Part shown: piece after piece, positions 24,625 to 37,789 of the stretch
Layout: every line of letters starts with the position of its first letter
How positions within the stretch are numbered: the stretch's first letter is position 1
From: Callorhinchus milii
Lineage: Eukaryota
Assembly (NCBI RefSeq): GCF_018977255.1
Contig: NW_024704742.1
Span: forward strand, 66,466,001 to 66,530,000
DNA length: 64,000 nt
Reading direction: 5' to 3'
Notes under the pieces: generated by a model
Seen by the model: only the letters and a program-made list of their open reading frames with translations
Database searches by the model: none
What the model was told of the DNA's origin: nothing
Translations under genes and position numbers: made by a program

Positions 24625-25168
24625 ACCAGCTGCCTGCTCGCCTGACTTCCCAACTCTTCCCTCCACAAGCTGCAGATTATTCAAAACTGTGCAGCTCCTG
24701 TCCTCTTCCGCACTAGGCTCCGGGAACCTATCACCCCTGTTCTTGCTCGGGTTCATCGGCTCCCCATCCCTCAGAGAATCGAGTACAAAACCCTCGTTCT
24801 CACCTTCAAAGCCCTCTTATGGTCTTGCACCCCCCTACCTCTCTGACCTCCTAACCCTATATCAGCTTGTCCACTCCCTACACTCGGTGGACACGGCCTG
24901 CTTCAGGTCCCCTGCACTTCCCGTCCCACCATTGGTGGTCGGTTATTCAGCATCTCTGTCTCCACACTCACCATCTCTAATGCCTCCTTCAAGTCCCGTC
25001 TAAAGACTTTTCTCTTCGACCATGCCTTCGGCCACCCTCCCTCCCCCAACCCCCTGCCCTCCACTAATCCTGACCTCAACTAGTAGCTTGGGTCCAAAAA
25101 CCCCTGACTGTCCACCACCCTTGGATGTTTTTCCAATGTGAAGGGCACTATACAAGTGTAATTTGTTG
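24625..25168 (+). mobile_element. L2-clade LINE 3' fragment
   Basis: LQIIQN / HRLPIPQRIEYK / LAPPYLSDLL-like coding remnant, then tail gtgaagggcactatacaagtgtaatttgttg. Confidence 0.8.
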
Positions 25169-25909
25169 CATGGAGCAATGTCCCACCAACAGCCAAAGAG
25201 TAAATGACCACTTTTTTTATTGAAGGGAATGTTGGATCCAGGAACTCCCTTCTCTTTTCAAATAGTGCCATGAGATCTTTAACGTCTACCAGAACAGGCA
25301 GACAGAACCTAGGTTTTACGCCTCTTCCGAAGAACAAAATAACACTAATCCTTGCACAGCTCCCTTACAGCGGGGGGGGGTCGCAAAGCACTCAGAAGGA
25401 TTTTACTGCAAAGTGTAAATACTGAGTATTTTGTAGGCGAATATGATACACAACAATCTACAAACAGACATGAAGTGAACAACCAATTCTTAAATCCACA
25501 TTATTGGTCAGGACGCCAGGAGAAGCTTCCTTCTCTGTGTTTGAACAAGGAAAGGCTATTTGGCCTGTCAAACCTGTAGCTTTCATAGACTGTGTTTGCT
25601 GAAGGTAGCTAAATTGTTTCATTGGTCTGGCTATCAGCCCTCGGTGCTTTCTCACAGTTAAGTTTCCTCCCCTACCACCTCTCTAGTCCCAATTTTCCAT
25701 GCTCTCCCAGGACACAGTGTTCCACAGAGTTTATAAGCAATACAATCTGTTATCCTTGGAGCCTGTACTAACCACATATGCATGCAACTCTTTCTTGTCC
25801 TACCCAGCTCCTTTACAGTCTTCCACACAAGCACTGCTTTACAGAAGCAAATATCTGATCTCACAGTCTTCCGTTCAGGCTGATACATTTAGAATTTGTG
25901 TCCCAGTTC

Positions 25910-26219
25910 TACTGGGTGTCCACAAAGTCCTCTTACCCCCTTGTTACAGATCAGGGAGGAGTAAAAACAAGCTGTCAGAGATGCAATTCACCGGCTCACT
26001 CGATCCATGTTATGAAAGATGTCACACAGAATATGGCGACTGATCATTATCTGCCATGAAAATTATGGCACTCACACACACATCCTGTGGACGTCTAAAT
26101 ACAGTTAAACATTTCTACTGATTACAATTAAGTTCTGAATACAATTATCATCATTCTTCCACATGTTTTAGTTATTGGTCAGTGCACTGCAGAAAAAATA
26201 ACGCGAGGGTAACAGGACT
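25910..26219 (+). mobile_element. Second copy of the Tc1/mariner derivative
   Basis: Starts tactgggtgtccacaaagtcctcttac and shares aaacaagctgtcagagat and ttggtcagtgcactg with the reverse complement of 8012-8306; the right TIR is clipped after gtaacaggact. Confidence 0.8.
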
Positions 26220-26249
26220 GAACCTGATGGGTGGATTTCAAGATCCTTA

Positions 26250-26465
26250 GCTGAACGGGTCAATTTCCAGATCCTGTCACTTGTTTTCAAATCCCTTCAT
26301 GCCCTGGCACCTCCCTATCTCTCTGACCTGCTTACCCCCCAACCCACTACCTGCTGCCTCCGCTGGACTGGCTCTGGCCTCCTGCATGTCCCTCGTGCCC
26401 TCCGTTCCTCCATCAGTGGTTGCACTTTCAGCCACTACACCCCGAACCTCTGGAACACTTCCTCT
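26250..26465 (+). mobile_element. L2-clade LINE 3' fragment, left part (interrupted by the CR1)
   Basis: ttccagatcctgtcacttgttttcaaatcccttcatgccctggcacctccctatctctctgacctg...ctctggaac corresponds to the FKIL..FKSLH.LAPPYLSDL...LWN region and is similar to 58750-58945. Confidence 0.8.
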
Positions 26466-26584
26466 ATCCCCATTTTGGAATAGGGGGCATCTATACAGAC
26501 CGGATGGGCTCCACGTAAACAAAAGTGGGGGTGGAGGTGTTGGCGTGCAGGATGGATAGTTTAGTTAGGGAGTGTTTAAACTAG
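26466..26584 (+). pseudogene. CR1 ORF1 C-terminal remnant, SGNH/GDSL esterase-like
   Basis: Reads FWNRGHLYRPDGLHVNKSG. Removing one G from the G-run at ~26527-26531 continues it as VEVLACRMDSLVRECLN-TAG. DGLH is the D-x-x-H catalytic block of esterase-type LINE ORF1 proteins. Confidence 0.8.
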
Positions 26585-26729
26585 GCATAGGGTTAGTTGC
26601 GGTAGATGTAAGAGAGCACCCAAACCGATTAGGGAAAACCTTAAGGCGTACCAGTATAACCGGTCTAACTCCAAAGGTTGGTGTAAAAGAAACAAAAATG
26701 CTTATAAAGTAAATGGGAAAGACAAAAAA

Positions 26730-29450
26730 CAATGGAGCTATACTTGCGTTAATGCAAGAAGTCTGACAAATGATGTGTGATCTGGAAGGTCTTGTGGGGG
26801 GTGACAGGTTGGACATCATTAGCATCACAGAGACATGGTGTAATGAATCCAATCCATGGGATACTCACCTGGAAGGTTATAAACTGTTTAGGAGGGACCA
26901 TATTGTGAGAAGAGGAGGTGGTGTGGCACTATATATAAGCTCCATTATTGAGACAGGAAATAAAAAAGGAAAGGGCAGACACAGAATCAATTTGGGTAGA
27001 CTTAAAAGATGGTAACAGAGAGAACCTATTACTGGGGGTCTGCTATAGAACCCCAAGCCAGGGTGAAAGCCTTGATCTGGAACTGTGTGATGAGATAAGG
27101 AAGGCGACTAGGAAGGCATTGACCATAGTAGTTGGAGATTTTAACTTACCCAAAATTGATTGGGATAATAATGTGCCTATTGGTAAAATAGGGAAAGATT
27201 TCTAGAGTTAAAGGAAGACTGTTTTATTACTCGGTTTGTAAAAGAGCCATCAAGGAGAGATAACATCTTGGATTTGATAATGAGCAACAAGGGCAACCCA
27301 ATCTCCAACAAAAAAGTGGGAGAAACATTAAGCAACAGCGATCACAATGTAGTCATATTAGGCATTTCAAGAGTTATTGAGTATATAAAAACCCAAATAA
27401 AACTGCCAAATTTCAAGAGGACTGACTGTGCGCTTGAGAAGTCTAGTCGGAGTGGGCCTGGCAGGTTTAACTATGGCAATGGGAGTGGAGGACCTATGGA
27501 GTTCCTTCAAGGAGGTGATTATGAAGGCAATGGAACAATGTGTAACCATGCGAAGCAAAGGTACCAAGCTTAAAGACACTCCTGCCAGGTTGGACGGGGT
27601 TAAAAAGCAAATCATAAAGTGGAAAAAAAAAGCATTTAAGGCCATGAAGGAAAATGCCATGGAAATAAGTCGGACTAAATAACAGAAGGCATGCCAGGAC
27701 TGCAAAAAAGGTATCAGAATGTCAAAGAAAAGCTTTGACTTGAATATGGCAAAAGATGTGAAGAATAATAACAAAAAGTTTTTTTTAGTTACATTAAGAA
27801 TAGAAGAAAAATAAGCAATGGAATAGGTCCATTGAATGTGGGTTCGGGAGACAACATGACAAATAATGCTGCACAGGCTGCAATAGTGCTAAATAAGTTT
27901 TTCGCATCAGTCTTTACCAAGGAGGAGACAGGTAACCTCTCTGATCTGGAAAGAGAACTCAAGGATGTCACAGAGAAAAATTGCAACACTATTCATATCA
28001 CTATCAGCATGGTTGCCAAACAGCTGTATAAACTTAAGGTACATAAATCTCAGGAGCCGGATAAATTGCATCCGAGGATCCTGAAGGAACTAAGGGAGGA
28101 AGTCGCAGAAACGCTGGCACAAATCTTTCAAAAATTACTGAATACTGGAGAGGTGCCGTGGGACTGGAGAAAGGCAGATGCTCCCCCTATTTTTAAGAAC
28201 GGTAACAAAAGTGACCCAGGAAACTACAGACCAGTAATAATAATTATTATTATCATTAAAAGTGACCCAGGAACTACAGACCAGTAAGTTTGACATCCAA
28301 TGTGGGTAAAATGATGGAGACTTATTAAGGATAAAATCATGGAGCATCCGGACCGAAATAAAATCATAAATGAAAGCCAATATGGGTTCATGAAAGGAAG
28401 GTCTTACCAATCTAATTTACTGGTTTTCTTTGAAGGTGTGACAAGGGAGCTTTATAAGGGTAAGGCTGTGGATGTTGTATATCTGCATTTCAGTAAGGAT
28501 TTGATACAGTTCCTCTTGAGAGGTTGGTACTGAAAGTAAAAAGAGCGAGAATCAGTGGAGGTATATTACAATGGATACACAATTGGTTGACCAGAAGAAC
28601 CCAGAGGGTGGTGGTACAGGGAATGTCATCAGACTGGGAAAATGTTACCAGTGGAGTTCCACAAGGGTCTGTTTTGGGACCTCTTTTGTTTAATATTTTT
28701 ATAAATGATCTGAAGCTAGGGGTCACAAGCACTGGCTAAGTTTTCAGATGGCACCAAGCTAATGAAGGTGGTAGATTGCGAAGCCGAATAAGATAGGTTA
28801 CAGGAGGATTTTGAACATACTTGGGAATTGGGCAGCTCAGGGGCAGATGAAATTCAATGGGAAGAAATGTAAAGTATCTCACATGGGGACAAAAAATCCT
28901 GGAAGAGACTATTATTTGAATGGAAGGAAAGTAATGGTATGGAAAATAAAAAGGACCTGGTGCTCCTGATTGACAATAAATTGAAGCTCTCCCAACAATG
29001 CTCTGTGTCAGTGAATAAAGCAAACCAGATCTTGGGATGTATCAAAAGATCAATAACAAGCCGAAATAGTGGGGTAATCCTGCCACTGTATAAATCACTG
29101 GGGAGACTATACTTAGAGTATTGTGTACAGTTCTGGTTGCTGCAGTACAAAAAGGATATTAGAGAAATTGAGAAGATACAGAGGAGGGCAACCAAAATAA
29201 TTGAGGGAATGGAAGGACTGGATTATGAGGGGCGACTGAGTAAATTGGGCATGTTCATGCTGGAAAAGAAGATTGAGAAGTAACACGGTTGCTGTCTTTA
29301 AGATTCTAAAGGGATGACCATATAAATCATGACAAGCTGTTTCAGCTTGTCCAGAATAGTAGAACCAGAGGACACGGCCTGTGATTGAAGAGGGGTAAAT
29401 TCAGAACAAATCTACGCAAACACTACTTCAGTGAGGAACAGGCTCCCTAG
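26730..29450 (+). pseudogene. CR1 ORF2 (endonuclease / reverse transcriptase) pseudogene
   Basis: Consecutive + strand ORF-track fragments 26770, 26948, 27268, 27428, 27832, 28339, 28524 and 28939 tile one EN-RT polyprotein across changing frames. Confidence 0.92.
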
Positions 29451-29609
29451 ATTAACAGTTGAAGCAGGAAGTATTGATTCCTTCAAACACAGATTTTCTT
29501 TTAGGAAATAACATTATGGTAGTTTGGGACATATATGCATGCGACCACCAGGAAGCGGGAAGGCGAACTAGATGGACCTTGGTCTTTCTTTGTCTTATGT
29601 GCTAATGTT

Positions 29610-29781
29610 TTTACCCCTCCACCTTGCCCCTTCCTTCCCCAATTTTAGTTTGTGCCTGAAGATCTTCCTATTCGACCATGCCTACGGTCATCTCCCCCTG
29701 GCTCAAGAGTTGTGCTCCACCACTGTCAAGCGCTCTGGGACGCTACCCTGTGTGAGGGGTGCTATATCAATGTAGTTGTTG
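29610..29781 (+). mobile_element. L2-clade LINE 3' end, right part with (GTT)n tail
   Basis: Collinear continuation of the left part (ctgaagatcttcctattcgaccatgcc...aagcgctctgggacgctaccctgtgtgaggggtgctatatcaatgtagttgttgt). Confidence 0.8.
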
Positions 29782-32307
29782 TGAATACCCTGTACGAGCC
29801 TGGTCACTGAGTTGAATCTGCTGGTGCCAAATCACCTATTGCTCTCAAATGTTGGGGACCAGGTTTATGCCTTCCACACAACTCCAGATATATTGACAAA
29901 ATCCCCAGCTGAGCAGGAACATTCTGGTCAGTAAGGCAGCATTCTTTGGATGCTGCTGTTCTGGACTGATTGGCAGCTACATTTTTGGATGTCTGAAAAG
30001 AAACACAACTCTACAAGTGGAGGCCAATGCACTGGAACTTTACTCAGGCATACACCAGGAACCTCCTTTGGCCATAATCCAACTTCACTGAGATCAGAGT
30101 CCTAATGGAGACATCTGGTTACCTACAGAATTCATTAGTTGCACATCCATCCGTGATTTCCCACAAGCTGCACACTATCCCGCCCCTCCCCCCATCGAGC
30201 CTCTGATTCATTTAATAAAAAATAATAATCCTGACATTTAATGTAGTGCCTTGAAAGAATATTTTAAAGTGTTTCACAGCACATACTATAAAGTTTTACT
30301 ATTTTGACGTGAACACAGCACCGAATTTGCGCACAGCAATGTCCCACAAACAGCCATGAAGTAAATCTTTATTGCTTTTTTGAAAAGGCAGATGGGACCT
30401 CGGTTTAACATGTCATCCAAAGAACGAGAGTATTGCTTTAAAAATATTGAGACATACACAATTTTCTTTCTCTTGCTGCCCCCCTTTCCTTCACAGCCCC
30501 CACACTCAATTCATGCTGGAGTCTGGTTTCTGGAGTACTTGTCCAAAGGAGTCATTGTTGAAGTTTGAATCTTCACACACTATTCAGCGGGAGGCATAGT
30601 TGATCACAGCCAAGCTTTGTCCTCTCCTCATTTGATTCACTTTCCAGCAAGGATCACTAGATGATGCTAATCCTTCCATTTGATACAGACTTTCAGGAGA
30701 AGGTAATGTAGTGACTGTATTTTGTAGGTTAACGCTGCAGCTAATTTGCGTCCAACAACAATAATAATGTCCACAAACAACCATAAAATGAATGACCAAT
30801 TATTCCAGATAATGATTGTTAAGGAAACCAAGGACTCTCTAATCCTGGGTGAGATCAGTTAACTGCCAATTCCACACATCAACAATCCATGTGAGGAATT
30901 TTTTTCTTGCCTTCTCTTTAGTTCTGTTTGGGATTATCATAAGTTTATGATCTGCAATCAAAGGATCTGCTGATCAGTGAAAATAATATTTTGTAAAATA
31001 ACACTTCAGAGTTTTAGTCTTGGACCCTCTTTTGCATCTCCACTTAACCTCCTCGGCTCTAATAAAAAAACTATTACATTATAGTATTGGTGAAATTTTG
31101 CCAGAAAGGGTGGTTGAGGGATATACCTTGCTTACATAATTCTGGAGAGTATTGGGTGCAGGTTGGTGAGAGTTGAGGTTTGGGGACACAAGAGTGTTTG
31201 TTGGGATACTGCTGGAGTTTATTTAGCTTGCCATTGAGAGCACTGTCAACTGCTTGTCCAGCTGGGACCACCAATTGAAGCTTTGAATTGAAGAGTTAAC
31301 AGGAGCTGAGTGGGAGGAATCTCTGTGCCAGTGTATCCAAGAACTGGCTGACCCTCCGAGTCCTGCCAATGAGCAGATCGGTCAGTCAGTCATCAGCTGT
31401 GCCCTTTTATACAGCTTCATGGGAAAATGAATTGCTTCACAGAATGAAATTAATTAGAAATAAAGTGGATGTTATGGAGGCAAATGCAGCAGAAATTAAT
31501 CTGCAACAAGCAACATCCCACTGATGACAATAAGTGAGCAGTGCATTTATTAGAATTAGCAGAAACTTTTCTTGTTGCACTGATAAAAACGTAATGAGGA
31601 GTTTGTACTATGTTGTGTACTTACTGTCTGTTTCGGGTTAGCCAAGTATGAAGATTTGAATCATGTCATTTTTAATGACTACATGAAAACCATAAGCTGC
31701 TAATGGCATGTGCTGAGGGCCCCGGCTCCCTCTGGGGCACTTGAAGGAGATTTGCATCAGAAAACACAGCAGCTTACCTGCTTCTCCCTTCTAGTGGTGC
31801 ATTGTGAACACGAGTTAACAGAAAAGCAGTGTTACTGAAATTAAAAGTCAATCTAATAACCCCATAAACTTCCAACAGTCTGGTTGTTAGTCGATTAGAA
31901 CATCACTTTCTGGGGGTAAAAATCTTTTCAAAAAATAAAAATTGATGTCCAGAACATCGGGAGCAAATCCCTCCTTTTGGATAGAATCATGGAATCATAC
32001 AAATTTACAGCACAGAGGAGGCCATTCAGCCCATCGTGTCTGCACTGGCTCTCAGAGCGAGCTGTTTATTCAACCCACTGCTCTATGGGATTCAACCCAT
32101 AAGCCCGTGGATATTTAACATCCAACTGGACCTCAGTTTAACAGCTCAGTGGAGAAGCTAGCAACAATTCAGATATGATGGTTGAGCAACCTCAACAACA
32201 ACAACAACAACAACAACAAGATTCCATTTATTGAGCGTCTTTCACATCGGGAGGACGTCCCAAGGCGCTGAACACCTCTTAACATCTGTCAATACTGTAT
32301 ACTGTGT

Positions 32308-32558
32308 GGAGTCCTGTATGACCGGAGTTCAATTCCAGGCAGAGGGCGAAACCTTGGGCAAGTTTCCTTACTCCACACGCCTAATAATAATCCCTCCAAA
32401 AAAACCCAAAACAATAATAAATTGGTCATTTACAATCTACGACTGTTTGTGGGACATTGCTGTGCGCAATTGGCTGCCGCGTTCGCCCACAAATATACAC
32501 AGTCAATTCACTTTACAGTATGTTCTGTGAAGCACTTTGGGACGTCCTCCCGACGTGA
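32308..32558 (+). mobile_element. SINE family B, short form with head deletion and clipped tail
   Basis: ggagtcctgta joined to gaccggagttcaattccaggc; the body is nearly identical to 24001-24318. Confidence 0.85.
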
Positions 32559-32644
32559 GTAAAACGATTCGAAACTCCTGTTAAGTGGCTTTTTTGTGCA
32601 CGGCTGGATTTCATATTGTATTTTATATGCACGTGATACATCTT

Positions 32645-32939
32645 AATAATAATAATAATACTTGAGACATCTTAAAGTGCTTCACAGAATATGCTATAAA
32701 GTGAATTGTATATTTTGGGGGTGAAACATAGCAGCCAATTGTGGACAGTGGTGTCCAACAAACAGTCGTGCATTTAAAGTACTATTTTTAAAAAATTCAA
32801 GTGACTAACAACCAGGTTCCTACTTACTGCTAGGTAAACAGAAGCATGTGGAGTAAGGAAACTTGCCTAAGGTTTCGAATCAAACCCAGGACTTCTGCTT
32901 GTGAGGCGAGGACTCTAACCAATATGCTACAGGACTCCA
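32645..32939 (-). mobile_element. SINE family B, long form
   Basis: Tail (aat)n through gctacaggactcc head. Confidence 0.8.
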
Positions 32940-34463
32940 CTTAATCTCAGGGCTTCTGTGGACAAACTCACTTATTGGGTGGCTCTTCAAAAAGATTGAG
33001 TCAGAAAACAATCATCAGACTTTGAGCTAGTCGATCAGAGAGATTCTCCCCAACCAGGCTTGAGTGACACACTGACTGACTCAGTTGGTAGCACTCTTGT
33101 CTCTTGAGTCGAAAGGTTGTAAGGTTTAAGCCCCATCTCGGCACATGGAATTCATATAGTCCTAGCTAACACTTAAACTACTAAGTGCTGGGTATGTTGC
33201 ATTGTTGGAGGTGCTGTCCTTCATATGAGATATTGAACCAAAACTGTTAAAAATCTGATGGCATCACTCGAAACGAGAATGAGGTTTCCTCCGGGTGCCC
33301 TAGCCAAGAATCCTCCAAATAAAATCGGTCATTTACTTTATAGCTGTTTGTGGGACGTTGGTGTGTGCATCACCTACAGAGAGTCACTTTGCTTTGCAAT
33401 ATATCTTGTGGATTATAAGGATTATATTTCAGCAGTGCAAACCCAAATCTCCGAAAAAAGGAACCACGTGCTTCCCCCGGACTGGCCTTCAGCTTCATTA
33501 AAAGTAACAGTCACATAAAATACTTTTGCTGACTTTTTGTTACGGTTGAAAGCTTGGAAAACACAATTCTTGCAGCTGTTTGTGAGTGAGCAATCCTGAC
33601 TCTACAGACCTTTGTTTGCGTGCGTTATGTAAAAGTGCTATTTTGGGAGGCAAATTAAATCACTCAATTGTAGATAAGCCCGAGTGTCCTATTTTTGGTG
33701 TGGTGCGTAATGCCAATGCGGGTGCACATTGTGTTTGTGTGTATGTAGCACGCTCCAGGCTCTACTTTATAATAATATTCCTTGCAATTGATCTAGCACT
33801 TTATGACATCATTGAGACGTCTCAAAGCGCTTCACAGAATATACTCTAAAGTGAATTGATAGCATATTTTGTGGGGCAAAACTGGGCAGCAAATTGAGGA
33901 CAGCAGTGTCCCAAAAACAGTCGTGCATTGAGTATCCAAATTATTAGTATTCCTTTAATCCTCCTTTACCCAGGATTGACTCTTTTCCTTATCTGAATGA
34001 TAACAAGAAGTGCACACATATACAGTGGGTAATTTTTTTGTCATGTATTAGAAATGTGGGCGTAAGCATATTGTGATCTGAAACTAGTCGTGCGCCTTGT
34101 TGAGTCATTTCTGGAAGCTGAATAATTAAAACCACTTGTTTTGAACACTTGCTGAAGAAAAGCTGCAAACGTTCTGAAAAGCCTTTTTGGTGACATTTGC
34201 CATTTGATTTGAGAGATTTCATCATTTTGACATCTTCGTATTTCAGCTGAGATGTTTCGGAGCATGTTAAAGATCCGTGGTGCAGTTCAAAAAGAGAATG
34301 GAGTTTCTCCCAAGTGCCCTGGCCAACAATCCTCCAAATATTGTCATTCACTCTATGGTTCTTTTATCGAAAATTGCTAGGTGAAAAAAGATCCATCTAG
34401 TTCACCTTCTACCATCCTGATAATCGCATGCGACAATAATAGAGATGTTGATAGCAATTTTTT

Positions 34464-34776
34464 GAGTCCTGTAGCTCAGTGGTTAGAGCACTCGCCTCTC
34501 AAGCGAGAGACCTGGGTTTGATTCCCAGCAGGGCGAAATGTTGGGCAAGTTTCCTTACTCCACACGCCTAATAATAATCCCTCAAGAAAAAAAACAATAA
34601 TAAATTGATCATTTCAATCCACGACTGTTTGTGGGACACTGCTGTGCGCAATTGGCTGCCAGATTTCGCCCACACATATACGGTCAATTCACTTTACAGT
34701 CTATTCTGTGAAGTGCTTTGAGACGTCTAGAAGACATGAAAAGTGCTATATCAAATGCAAGGATTATTATTATTAT
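34464..34776 (+). mobile_element. SINE family B, young short-form copy
   Basis: gagtcctgtagctcagtggttagagcactcgc...ctccacacgcctaataataatccc...aaatgcaaggattattattatt. Confidence 0.9.
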
Positions 34777-36044
34777 AAACCAAGCAATTTAACCATTTTG
34801 CCTCATCCAAAGGATGGCATCATCTAACAATGCAGCACCTTCTCAGCACTGTACTGCAGTGTCAGCTTAGACTGTAAGCTCAAAGCCTCAAGGTGGGGAT
34901 GGAGAAGTCCTGAGTCTGCAGTGTTGAATTGGACTCAACCATTTTCACGTAGAGGTCACAGTGTGGTAGACAAGTATAATGTGGTGGATCATATGAGGTC
35001 CTCATTTCAGATTAACTCAAAATCTTTCCCCTTTGCACTCCGTCTGTCAACAAGGCAGCCATTTTAGTGCACAGAAATGTCCCACAAACAGCCAAGAAGT
35101 GATTGACTGCACCAGAGTCTCACCTTAGTCTATATTAGTTCCAAGGCCTGATGTGCGGCATGAACCCACAACCTTCTGATTCAGAGGTGAGAGTGCTACC
35201 AGCCGAGACAGGCTGACATACATGTGTCCTCCCTAAGCGAGAGCTCACAAGGGCAAGCGGTAGGAATGTTTAGCCCTGGTGAGATAAACACTGTTGTCTT
35301 GTATGCTGGCCTCATCCTGTCTGTGGCCCCAGGCAAGCGCTGACACATAGAAGAGGTTTAACAGGGTGAAGTGCAGTGAGAAAGGTTAAGCTGCTTTATA
35401 ACAACGGATATATTGTGACATAGTGAATGGGGTTGTTTTCCCTTCAGAAGGTATAGTTTATTACACGGTTATGATTTCCAACCGGCTCCTTCAGATGAAA
35501 TTCTGTGGCAAGTGCGAGACAGGTGATTGAATTTTTGAATTGGATTTTTTACACACAAGAGGTTTCTCAGAAGGGCAGACTCCAGGATATCACTGAGCTC
35601 AGAATGGCGCATCCACATTCCCCCATTGTCCAGACCTGAACCAGTATAAGCAAAATGTCGGATTTCTTCAGACCAGCTGCAAGGCCAATCCCTGCGGTTC
35701 GAGGGATGAGTTGTGAGATAAGCCAGGGCTCTTCACCCTCAAAGTGTGACGTTTTACCATGGATCTTTGGAGAGGCATGAAGGCTGCTAAATGGGACTCA
35801 GAAAGTAATCCCAGAACAATATACTCAGATACACCAAGACAAACAGCAACACCAGAAAGCATAGGTTCAGGGATGTGAAGGGTAGTTCAGGACAGACAAC
35901 AGGAAGTGTTTTTGAGGGCAGACACCAGCAAGTATTTCACAGAGACTTAAACAAAAGTCAGAACCAGTTAACACGGAGGGTTTTGAGGCCAGGACACTGG
36001 ACTCAATAATGATATTTTTAACATCTTCTAATCTCCCGGGCAAT

Positions 36045-36328
36045 ATGAAACCTTAGGTAAGTTTCCTTATTCCACACGCCTCTGTTTACATAGCAGTAAG
36101 TAGGAACCCAGTTATTAGCTGATTGGCAAATTTTTTTGGGGGTAATAATCCCTCAAAAAAGTTTGGGTTACCAATCCACGACTGTTTGTTGGACACTTCT
36201 GTGTTCAATTGGCTGCCGCGTTTCGCTCACAAAATACAGTCAATTCACTTCACAATATATACTGTGAAGCACTTTGAGACATCTCAACGATGTGACAAGG
36301 TGCTATATCAAATGCAAGAATTATTAAT
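36045..36328 (+). mobile_element. SINE family B, long form, head-truncated
   Basis: gaaaccttaggtaagtttccttattccacacgcctctgtttacatagcagtaagtaggaaccc through aaatgcaagaattatt. Confidence 0.8.
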
Positions 36329-37789
36329 ATTGCGTGTGGGAAAACATCACAAGACGCTTCACAGAGATGGATTGGGAATCATTGAAGAAACAGCTTGTTG
36401 CTGTAATGGGAAGACGGTAGTTGGTGATAATAATCCTTGCATTGGATACAGCTGACTGGAGAATGTGCTTCACAGAATTTACACAGAAGTGTTGTGACTC
36501 GTAGGCACACAGCAGCTGAGTTGCTATATCAGTAAGCAGATTGCGTCCCTTCGGGGAGAGAGAGCGCATTCCAATCCAACAATCTATCTTTGGAATTTCC
36601 ATGTGTAGGTGGGAAGCCTGGAAATCTCGGTTTGGTTTGGATATTCTTAATCATGGTGACAGGTTTCCGCATGTGTCAGACACCCAGCTGACCAAACGAA
36701 AATTGATTAAAGGATGGAAGTGTACATTTTTTTAAGGATAAGTAAAACATTCCCTTACATTAACAGTGGTATTACTTATTCTGAAGCTTATCATAGTGAT
36801 ATGCCCTCCCCAGGGATAGTCCACCGTTGGACAGGGAGGGAGGGGGGAGGTGTAATGGATTCATCTCAGGTAAGATAGCAGGAGCCTTTTCTTTGCTGGA
36901 AATAAAGCTCAGTCGAGCGGTTTACGAATGAAGTGATGCGGAGAAAAGAGCAGGAGAATAAGATAGAACAGAGAGCTGATGTAGGATGGGCTGCAAAATT
37001 GTACCATCAATGGTGCTATAATAATAATAATTATTGCGTTTGATATAGTGCCTTATCACGTCATCAAAACATCTGAAAGCTCCTTGCAAGATATACTGTA
37101 AAGTGGACTGTCTGTGTATTTTGTGGTCTGAAACACGGCAGCTAGTTGCACACAGCGATGTCCCACAAACAGTCATTGGACTGAGTGACTGATTTTATTT
37201 GGGGGATTGTTGGCCAGGACACCGGGGGACACAGCAGACAATTGGCACACAGCAACGTCCCACAAACAGCCACAAAATGAATGACTAATTTTATTCGGGG
37301 AATGTTGGCCAGGACACTTTGCTTTCAAATAGTGTCATGAGATCTTTAACATTCACCTCAACAGACAGATAGGGCCTCGGTTTATCGTCTCAGCCAAAGG
37401 ATCAAGATGGCAATCGCTGCAGTTTAGAACACGCTGCTCCAATATTGAAGTGGAGCTCAGTCTCATCTGCTCTCTTATTTGCTGGAACTTGTATTAAATG
37501 GTTTGTGGATGTAGGTCACCCGGGGATGAACAGGGTCTTGAAATGTGAAATGGAAAATGCAGACGACGATGTTAAAGCAATGTTCCAACCTTAGCAACCG
37601 TGGCCGTGGTTGACACGTGAGAAAATACGAGGTGCAGTGCATACTGCTGCTGAGGTGCTTTTCAACCACATGACGCAAACATAACATGTTATAGAAAGTT
37701 CACAGAACACAGGCGACATCATTCAGCTCATTGTCTCTGCATCAGTACTTGTTTCCTTTTTTTTTGCTTTAACAACAACTGAATAACTC

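Larger units (their letters stand above)
26466..29608 (+). mobile_element. CR1-clade LINE, 5'-truncated and decayed (ORF1 C-terminus, full-span ORF2 pseudogene, 3' tail)
   Basis: APE endonuclease motifs: NARSL, DIISITETW, RGGGVALY, GVCYR, GDFNLP.IDW, LDL, SDHN. RT motifs: [40 protein letters not shown], degenerate FSDG at the FADD position. C-terminal LEYCVQFW, QRRATK and TRGH. Split by many stops and frameshifts; 3' end ...cttatgtgctaatgtt. Confidence 0.95.

Noticed and set aside
26730..29450. Active or domesticated reverse transcriptase gene
   Set aside because: Numerous stops and frameshifts, a degenerate catalytic motif and an internal duplication.
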